DNA from: Tubiluchus corallicola
Lineage: Eukaryota > Animalia > Priapulida
Assembly (NCBI GenBank): GCA_030141605.1
Contig: JAQGDQ010002229.1
Span: 1-7,447 of the forward strand
DNA length: 7,447 bases
Direction: 5' to 3'
Position 1 is the stretch's first letter; each line of letters opens with the position of its first letter. Below are positions 1 to 6,921 of the stretch, piece by piece. Both the position numbers and the translations under genes were made by a program. The notes beneath the pieces are model-generated. The model was given only the letters and a program-made list of their open reading frames with translations, was not told where the DNA came from and did no database searches.

Positions 1-1127
1 AAGAATTACCTGCCGCTTAGGCTCGAAATAAGAAAATCTAAATTATTTTTTATCCAAATTTACTGAAGCATGGGCATGATGGACATGATACATATAAAAA
101 TGTATTATGAAAATCGCTTGAATCTGTATATGTATACACGTCCTACTACAGATGTCTGGTGAAAAATTATCTCCGTAAGAAATGTTTGCGACAGAAACAG
201 AATACAATATCATTGCATGCTAAAAAAAGTAGAAAAAACGCTTCCATGTCGATGGCGATACATCCCGTATGTCAACCTTACTCGGTACTCTCTGTACGTC
301 CGTCTCTCAGCAAAGTTTTTATTTAAAAATAACACAAACCGAAACTTTCCTAAATTAAGAATGCAGAACCTTAGTTGTTTTCACTGAGACGTTGAGAAAT
401 ATAATAGAAAAAACATTGTCTCAGTTAAACGCTTTTCATTAAAAATTTTGCTGGGTCATTGCATATACTTAGTTATTTTTCCATTTCATTTTTCCATTTC
501 GGTACAAACTGATACCATAATAAATCGGCATGAACAATGAGTACATTTTGTAGTTCTAGAGTCTAGAGGTTCACATGTCGGCGTAGTGCTTGAATTTCTT
601 TGATAAACATACGCTCGGAGCGGGAAAGAGTCGCCGTTTATCCAGCTGCGTCTGGCGGGATTATTGGGAAAACAGGAAGCACTGCAAGCAGTCCAGGAAA
701 AATCCAAAAAAATATGAAATCCAGTTTAAATGACGCAAACTAACCTACATGACTTGCAACCAGATGTTCTAGAAGCTCTTGCTAGTGAAGCAATAGTACC
801 ACAACAAAATTTAGGCTATTCACAGCGAGATCGCGGATGATTCAAGGAACAGCACCAAGGAAAAACTGATGTTCCACAAAATAAATTCTACAGCGTAAAA
901 TCGCTGTTTTTCAAAAAGGGAGAGTATTTGAGTTATGTTGAAAGCAACAATAACTCAAGAATTTGGTCTAGCATGGCAGAAAACTCTCTTGTTTGCGCCA
1001 AATAACATGACTGTGGAAAATTAAAAATTCGAGTGACTAAAAAGTTTACTGAAAACCGCATATCGACATTAGTCATATATCATTAACAGTTACTCCAGTC
1101 TTTTGATTTACACTTCGAATTTAATAT

Positions 1128-1810
1128 GCTCTTCTTCCTCAAAGTCTCTTCCGTCTGTTATAGACATTGAGGCTTTACCGTTTATTAGGGCATTCAACCC
1201 AATCCTATCTGCAGCTAATAGCGTAAGTTGTTCTGCTCCTATACCTAGAACTGGTTGAAGTTGTTAAGTATCTTTATTTTTTTTAGCTATCCAAGTCGTC
1301 TTTGGTTTGTTATATGTTTTTGCAAGGTTTTAAGGCTTCCTTTAAGACGATTCTTACTGGTATTTCACTTGGTAACCTGAGAAGGTGTCCTAGCCATCTT
1401 AATCTTCGGAGCTTGATTTTGAACTCCAAAGAATTTCTTTCGTTCTAGTGTATAAATCCTCATTTTTGGTTATGTTATGGCCATCCTATCTTTAAAACTT
1501 TCCTTTGAAGACTTTTATTAAAAGTGTAGATCTGCTTTTCTTGAGTAATCGTTAAAAACCGTTTTTACTGTTTCACTGTTTCACTGTTGTACATATATAT
1601 GCTGGTGTCGTATGCATTAAATAATCGAAGTCTTGTGTTAAGACTTAATTTCTTGCTAGTTAATACATCCTTGCATTGAAGAAAAGCATGCATTGCTTGC
1701 TGTTTTCCATTTTTAGTGTCATCTTCGGTGTTTAAAAGAGTGTCCATATAGACGTATTTGCACTTTTTACCATCTCTTGCAATACTATATTCCTCTGTTC
1801 TTGACTGGTA
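1128..1810 (-). mobile_element. Decayed, 5'-truncated non-LTR retrotransposon (RTE clade, RTE/RTEX-like): end of RT plus C-terminal region of ORF2
   Basis: Minus-strand translation across frameshifts and stops gives QSRTEEYSIARDGKKCKYVYMDTLLNTEDD..KQQAMHAFLQCKDVLTSKKLSLNTRLRLFNAYDTSIYMYNSET / QEKQIYTFNKSLQRKVLKIGWP / ITKNEDLYTRTKEILWS / KIKLRRLRWLGHLLRLPSEIPVRIVLKEALKP / KPKTTWI / LAADR. These motifs occur in the order typical of RTE ORF2 (YLGS, K-L-RLFNA-V-S-LLY-SETW, I-W----SN--LY, RRLRWLGH--R, GRPKTTW, A-DR). A GAGGAAGAAGAG stretch at ~1130-1141 may be a GAA-type tail remnant. Includes supplied ORF 1565..1747. Confidence 0.88.
1563..1586. repeat. 3 x 8-bp tandem repeat TTT(T/C)ACTG inside the LINE remnant
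   Basis: TTTTACTG (1563-1570), TTTCACTG (1571-1578), TTTCACTG (1579-1586). It breaks the reading frame right after the YNSET motif. Confidence 0.85.
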
Positions 1811-2069
1811 CTTACGTCTTACATATCACAATTCCCATTGCGTTAGTAAATGGTGTTGAGGTTCATTATATACAAGAATGTTAGTTATTTGTCAGTATGT
1901 AACAATGCATCGTCGTTGCTTAATGCTGCACTATGTAAAAATCACAAAATTCGTCCATGCTGCATAAGTAACAATCGTTATGTAACAAAAAATTACGCTT
2001 TATGTAGAAGGCTAACGTACAGTTGGCATACAGTCTGCGGTTTGTGGTTGGACCTTGTCATGGTATGCG

Positions 2070-2292
2070 CTTGGTCTGTTTATTGGAACTTTTATTTGTT
2101 TCTTTCTGTTCTAGATGTGCGCCTGGCTCCAGTTTCCTCTGTAGCTCATCTGTTTGGGTCTGCCCTGTCTGAGGTCTGATCGGCCATAGGTCTGGAATGC
2201 CTTGGGATCTGGTCTCTCGCATATCTGATTAGTCAGAGGTTTGGTCTGTGGCTGGTCAGCAGGGATTTGGTCTATCTGAAGCCTGACCTGAC
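2070..2292. repeat. GGTCTG/TCTG-rich, G+T-skewed degenerate repeat inside the inverted-repeat element
   Basis: GGTCTG at 2073, 2157, 2173, 2189 and 2243, plus variants GGTCTC (2211), GGTCAG (2255) and GGTCTA (2269). TCTG recurs at 2159, 2175, 2191, 2208 and 2224 (16-17 bp period). Confidence 0.5.
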
Positions 2293-2419
2293 ATTGAAAT
2301 TGCCTACCTGGGTTTGTTCTAACAGGCTAACTAGCTTAACGAGCTATTGGCTGGATCATTACTGAAGTGCAATCTCCATAAAAAATGTAAGGCACATCAT
2401 AGCCGTGCGACATTTCTAT

Positions 2420-2570
2420 AGAGGGTACTTTGCTTGGAGTGAGAAGTGGTGAATGACGTCATGGCGGCGGGAAAACTAGGGCTCTTTTGCACCGTTCCTA
2501 CAATTTAAAGATAAATGTGTACAACAACAACTCTAACAGAATGACCAACAAAATCCAAGAATACCCTTTC
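2420..2570. mobile_element. Probable ~150-bp MITE nested in the larger inverted-repeat element
   Basis: Left AGAGGGTACTTTGCTTGGA (2420-2438) vs right TCCAAGAATACCCTTTC (2554-2570; reverse complement GAAAGGGTATTCTTGGA) form imperfect terminal inverted repeats. Internal ATGACGTCATGGCGGC motif. Confidence 0.42.
2453..2475 (+). promoter_or_regulatory. Overlapping CRE (ATGACGTCAT), YY1-like (ATGGCGGC) and E2F-like (GGCGGGAAAA) motifs
   Basis: Direct motif matches: 10-bp palindrome at 2453-2462, ATGGCGGC at 2461-2468, GGCGGGAAAA at 2466-2475. Function is untested. Confidence 0.3.
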
Positions 2571-3207
2571 TTACGAATCAACCCCGGACGTAATTAGTCT
2601 GTTACGTAGGCATCATTTTCACTACATAATAATTGTTACATAATAAGGTATAATTTGTAACACAATAACGAATTTTGTGATTTGTTACTTAATGTAGCAT
2701 TATTGTTACATAATGATATATTGTTACATAATGAACTTTAACGGAAGGTATTTAAGTTTCAAATTAATAATGGAACATGAGTGACGTTTTAATTTGAGAA
2801 ATTCGGGAGTTTCCTAAAAGACGCTGGGGTTGATTACTAGTAATATATAGGAAAACTTATAGTTTGCAGCCAAAAATAGGGCATTTTATGGGTCATGTTT
2901 GGAGGGAATTGCGATTCTATACAGGAGTGACCTTGAGAGAATAACCACATAATCTCCCACGCTATAATGAACCACTGCGTGGACATGAGCCAAAAGTAAC
3001 ATGGCGTTAATGTAATGATAATAAACAATTATTTTGATGTGGTTTCTCGCTGCAATCCGACCGAACTTCGCCGTAGCAGCGTATGACTGCAGTGGTACTT
3101 CTAATCCAGCTGTTTTGATTCTTATTGTGTTGCACATGATACATGCAGCAAGCCACAAAGTGCAAAAATGTAGACAGTATCAAAAGAGTTATTCGAATTC
3201 ATGTATC

Positions 3208-3364
3208 AGAGAGGGAGGGGAAGGAGAGAGAGAGAGAGAGAAGGAGAGAGAGAGAAAAAGAGAGAAGAGAAGAGAAAGAGAAAAGGAGGGGAGAGAGAGA
3301 GCGAGAGAGTGTGAGAGAGAGAGAGAGAAAGAGGGAGAGAGAGAGAGAGAGAGAGAGGGGGGGA
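3208..3364 (+). repeat. Imperfect (GA)n microsatellite / polypurine tract
   Basis: 157 nt of A/G with only three pyrimidines (3302, 3310, 3312). It accounts for the low-complexity ORFs 3034..3435, 3143..3391 and 3199..3396. Confidence 0.97.
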
Positions 3365-3868
3365 CAGCTAGCCAGAGAAATAATCATGTAAAACAATATG
3401 TATTGCGAGTCATAATCATTTCATTTAGGTGTTAAGACACTTTTTATAGTAGCATCGCCTATTTCAGATAGTAGGAAACGCCATGTTTAATTTTTGACCT
3501 TATACGTAGGACCGGAAATTGCAAAATAGCAACTGGGCAGCATTCCCAAGACTATCATCGAAGATGAACAAGTTGTTATTGTCAGAGGCAAATAACCTTG
3601 GGCAAATCTGCAGCTGCACGTTGGTGAGCATTACAATTTTCACCGTGGCGGTATTTACAGCTTCTTCTCAGATAACTCAAGCAACAGTTTGTTAAAAACC
3701 AAGACAAATCCCCGTTTATGCTACTGTAATAAATCTGTTTGAAAGTGCGAAAGTAACAACATCCCGAGAAAGATATAGATTTTTTGATAAACAGACGTTT
3801 AGTCTGCAGCTGGAAATCTTAGGACTAATGTGAAATCGATTTTTATCCGCCGGCATCGTAGTCCCAAA

Positions 3869-3979
3869 GGCACATTCAGACTAGCGAGTTTTCTCACTAA
3901 GTAACTCGCAAACATGTTCAGTTAGTGTCAGACAGTTCACACTTGTGAGTTTACTGACAGAGAGAAAACTCGCTAGTCT
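3869..3979. mobile_element. Short palindromic MITE, possibly PIF/Harbinger-type
   Basis: Perfect 18-bp inverted repeat AGACTAGCGAGTTTTCTC (3878-3895) / GAGAAAACTCGCTAGTCT (3962-3979), extended inward by AGTAACTCGCAA vs TTGTGAGTTTACT. The left end GGCACATTCAGACT resembles GGC..TTCACACT-type Harbinger MITE ends (from recall). The outer right end is degraded. Confidence 0.65.
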
Positions 3980-4327
3980 TTTCGCCGTCTTACGGCTCGC
4001 CGGTAAGAGAACCTGCATTCCGATTTCATCGTTCATCATCATGACAGAGATCAAGTTTTCTTAGCCATCGACTTTTAATTCATGGTACCCACAAACGAGG
4101 AGGTTAGGGTCACAAACTTGCATAAGCAGACATTTGGGGTGAAATATACGGAAAACTGCTCAATCGCACACAACTAAACTGCCTGCATCAGGCATAGTCA
4201 AGCGATTAGCATAGTCAGGCATAGATTTGGATAGATCTAAATTCATTTCAGTTTTGTTACCATAATGTCATCTTAATTTGCGTGTTTTCTATTAGTTCAA
4301 TACTTATTTTTTGCGAGTAGTTTAATA

Positions 4328-4341
4328 CGAGTAGATGGCGG
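4328..4341 (+). promoter_or_regulatory. CTCF-like / YY1-like motif
   Basis: CGAGTAGATGGCGG matches CCASYAGRKGGCRS at 13/14 positions and contains AGATGGCGGC. It is an isolated GC-rich motif in AT-rich flanks. Confidence 0.25.
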
Positions 4342-4680
4342 CACCAGCATGTAAACAGTGCTAGTAGAGGTATTGACCCCTATTGACAAGAAAGCAAAAT
4401 ATTTTAAGTTAGCGATTCTTTAAAAATAAAGCACACCTGGTTCGTAATATTTGCAATCGAATTTATGTAGCTTTTGGATTTGTCTACTTAACAGCAGTTA
4501 ATTTAGAGATACAGTTTGACACACATACTTACATTTCACGACTTAGCGTATTGAAAAATTAAGCAAAAAATAATTTTCTAATACAATTGAAAAACTGAGA
4601 TATCTGACCTTTGAAACCAGACAAAGTGTAAAAAAATCAGGAAAATTTGTCTAAAATACAGTAAAACACACAAAAATTTT

Positions 4681-4716
4681 CAGACGTGTTTCAGTACCTA
4701 CTGGCGTCATCATCAT
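4681..4716 (-). ncRNA. Degenerate minimal type I hammerhead ribozyme core (copy 1)
   Basis: Minus strand reads aUGAUGA-U-GACGCC-AGUA-GGUACU-GAAAC-AC-GUC-UG. GAAA, the short stem III and the GUC triplet are intact; C3 is mutated, stem II is partly broken and stem I is not evident. Confidence 0.4.
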
Positions 4717-4777
4717 TCGTATGATCTAACTACAGCAAATGTTAACTGTACCTTCGCTGTTGTAGCTACATATATTG

Positions 4778-4813
4778 CTGGTGATGACATCTGCAGGTGT
4801 GGAAACATTTCCG
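4778..4813 (+). ncRNA. Degenerate minimal type I hammerhead ribozyme core (copy 2)
   Basis: Plus strand reads CUGgUGA-U-GACAUC-UGCA-GGUGUg-GAAAC-AU-uUC-CG. Stem II is nearly intact (ACAUC/GGUGU); A6->G, the stem II closing pair and the triplet G are mutated. Confidence 0.4.
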
Positions 4814-5221
4814 TAAATTTAATGCGTTTTGTCATTTGACCCTGAATTAGTAGTAGAAATGTCTTCCACTTTATCAGCATAATTTTTCATTTCTTCATGA
4901 TGACGCATTAATCAACAAAATACCTGTACTATTGAGTTATGATAGCATCATTTGAATGCAGAAGCCAAAAGGTAGATGATTGAATTTACCTTACGTTAGT
5001 GCAGCTATTTACTACGTGATGTAAATACAACAATGCCACAGATAATTGTATGTATACATATGTACAAATGAATGAGATATCAAAGGAAGATATACGGTTT
5101 TATATCCCTTATTATGCATATGCACAAATACTTTACATTTTTATACTGTAGGACCTTTTGGGTACAAAAGCAATTATTACAATATCTTAGCATTTAAAAG
5201 AAGAACTTAACATTGTCTTAC

Positions 5222-5418
5222 CCGCAGCGGCCTTAAATATGGGCTTTGGTTCATCACCACTCTCTTCAGGTGTGTAGTAATACTGTTTGTACATTATTGC
5301 AGGTACAAATCATCATCAGTAATTAAAGCACTCCTCACCAATGCAAGGTTCCCTGCCTTTCCTTGCATGTAAGTCTGTGAGAAAGTCACTTTGTCGCACA
5401 CGTCAACGACGACGTCTT
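5222..5418 (-). pseudogene. Candidate exon or pseudo-exon of an unidentified protein, with one frameshift
   Basis: Bounded by acceptor ...ATACCCTTAG| and donor GCGG|GTAAGA; 197 nt. Adding one T near 5308 gives a stop-free 198-nt phase 1-1 exon, DVVVDVCDKVTFSQTYMQGKAGNLALVRSALITDDDFVPAIMYKQYYYTPEESGDEPKPIFKAAA. No homologue recognised, and a competing plus-strand exon exists at 5303-5368. Confidence 0.28.
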
Positions 5419-5475
5419 CTAAGGGTATTCAGTCACAAAATTAATCACAAAATTTAAATATCACTCGGTATTACA

Positions 5476-5761
5476 CAGTTGTCCAGAAAAAACGTTCCCC
5501 AAACTACTCATAAATATTCAGCCCGATAGAAGTAAAAGAAACCATATCATCGTACAGCCCGATTTTTCCTCTTTCCTATTTCCCTCCTGGGCTCCGCCGA
5601 GTGCCGTATTATAGGGCGTTTTTTCTGCACGGTGTTCTTCTAGGAACGGCGTGTGAAAACCCACCCGGGCTACGCAGTGATGAGGACCTCTTTAATAAAC
5701 GCCTCTACCAAGATATAAAGCTATGAGTTAATTTGGGAAAACGTTTTCTTGTGGACGACTT
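5476..5761. mobile_element. ~285-bp MITE with long TIRs, Tc1/mariner-like
   Basis: Left CAGTTGTCCAGAAAAAACGTTCCCCAAACTACTCATA (5476-5512) vs the reverse complement of 5722-5761, AAGTCGTCCACAAGAAAACGTTTTCCCAAATTAACTCATA. Weaker pairing extends inward to CGTACAGCCCG (5551-5561) / CGGGCTACG (5666-5674). A CAGT start is typical of Tc1/mariner; the TA target duplication is degraded. Confidence 0.72.
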
Positions 5762-6191
5762 TTACATTAAATTATGGATCACGATTAGCCATGACGCCGT
5801 GTGCTGTGTAGCTGAATAATTCCTAATAGAAACTTTTGCACCGGGGTATTTTTTATTTGGATATTTTAGTCCCTCTTTCTTTGAACATCATTCAAACTTT
5901 TCAAAATACTTATTTATGATTGGCAGTGTTCTATTTGCAACTCTATTTTTTGACGTATTACTAGATTTTTTCCTCTTGTTTTATGGTAAAGAGTCATGAG
6001 GAGTAACAAACAGTATCTAAAAAAAACTAATGATTTAAGGATTTAAAATGACATTTTTTTAAACATCTTTGCTAATGAAATTTGGCTTTATTGGCTATTT
6101 ACGTCCCAATAAGTAGACAATAACAAAAAGTGTACGGCTAGCCGTGTATTAACTTTACTGAAGGATTTCTATGTAAATACTTAAAGCTTAC

Positions 6192-6262
6192 TTGGCCCAA
6201 GATAACTTGGTCAAGTGAAAGCAACCAACCATACAATGTGGAACGGAATAAACGCTGTCACT
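6192..6262 (-). other. Candidate 71-nt exon
   Basis: Good acceptor CTTAATTTTTCTGCATAG| and donor CCAA|GTAAGC. One frame is open (SDSVYSVPHCMVGCFHLTKLSWA); another reads VTAFIPFHIVWLVAFT*PSYLGP with a single stop. Confidence 0.35.
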
Positions 6263-6796
6263 CTATGCAGAAAAATTAAGTTAAACAATTTCTGCCGTAA
6301 TTACAATTTAATTAAACTGATATTTCTGTATAAGATGTTGCTCAGTAATTTTTATACAGTTTAGAAACTCTACGACATCGCTTAATGTAGATAATGGATC
6401 GGAATCTAACTCATTCTTTATAATAACCCTCTAGATGAGATAATATAGAGTGGTACATCTTTTCTCAACGAAGCACCTTTTCCCAATTTAAGCTGGAGCA
6501 ATTCGGCTGATATAACCATACAGAAGCAGTTACATTGCTGGTGATCACCAAACCAATTACAAAGTATATCCGGTGCGGCTTAACTTCGATATCACACACG
6601 AAGACGATTCTGGTAGTCTACACGCCTCGAAAATGCTTAATTCTGAACCTGAATTATAAGTCGAAAGTGAAAATAAGTCGAACGATCTTGCAAACTTAAA
6701 CTAACCGCTTTTTTTCGTGTAGGCGATTACTTGTCTGTTACATAGCGCAATGAAACCGAAATCCAAGATGACCACGTTTGTTAGCTTTCTTGCTAC

Positions 6797-6921
6797 CTTT
6801 TCCCACTTATTCTTATATCTCTGAAAAGTTACTATATCGCAAATTTTTTCAACTTTTGCCACTTTTTTATGTATCTCAACGGGAAAAGTCACCACAAGAA
6901 CATTTGCCTTTTCTTCCACCT
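6797..6921. repeat. Degenerate ~56-bp tandem repeat, about 2.3 copies
   Basis: CTTTTCCCACTTATTCTTATATCTCTGAAAAGTTAC (6797), CTTTTGCCACTTTTTTATGTATCTCAACGGGAAAAGTCAC (6853), CTTTTCTTCCACCT (6908); spacing 56 and 55 bp. Confidence 0.6.

Larger units (their letters stand above)
1855..2742. mobile_element. Non-autonomous DNA transposon or foldback-like element bounded by long imperfect inverted repeats (~1855-2010 vs ~2600-2742)
   Basis: Left GTTGAGGTTCATTAT matches the reverse complement of the right end (GTTAAAGTTCATTAT). Left TAATGCTGCACTATGTAAAAATCACAAAATTCGT (1921-1954) matches the reverse complement of ACGAATTTTGTGATTTGTTACTTAATGTAGCATTA (2668-2702). Both arms carry repeated TATGTAACAA/TTGTTACATA sub-motifs. 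No clear target-site duplication, so two inverted copies of one repeat family cannot be excluded. Confidence 0.62.
4649..4840. mobile_element. Imperfect palindrome resembling inverted Penelope-like element pseudo-LTR remnants
   Basis: The reverse complement of 4674-4716 aligns ungapped with 4778-4820 at 30/43 identity, and similarity continues outward (GTGTGTTTT vs ATGCGTTTT). Both arms contain the TGATGA-TG...GAAAC signature of Penelope-associated hammerheads. Confidence 0.55.

Noticed and set aside
486-707. 73-aa minus-strand ORF
   Set aside because: Non-ATG start, no motif and no supporting context.
1850-2179. 109-aa ORF on the plus strand
   Set aside because: It runs through the inverted-repeat arm and the GGTCTG-rich segment, with no recognisable domain.
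2837-3158. Overlapping minus-strand ORFs of 63 and 90 aa
   Set aside because: No recognisable motif and no convincing splice or start context; the lengths are attainable by chance.
3034-3435. ORFs 3034..3435, 3143..3391 and 3199..3396 with ER- or LS-repeat peptides
   Set aside because: They are artefacts of the stop-free GA microsatellite.
3530-3833. Seemingly long plus-strand coding-like frame (QLGSIPKTIIEDEQ...)
   Set aside because: It needs a stop read-through at 3593 and a frameshift near 3710-3713, and no family is recognised.
4188-4224. Short local duplications GCATAGTCA x2 and TCAGGCATAG x2
   Set aside because: Too short and irregular; ordinary slippage, not a CRISPR array or satellite.
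5538-5712. Apparent third hammerhead or retrozyme monomer (GAAAC...CGTACAGCCCG / CGGGCTACGCAGTGATGAGGACC...AAACGCCTC)
   Set aside because: The pairing is explained by the inner part of the MITE inverted repeats. It lacks C3, stem II and GAAA.
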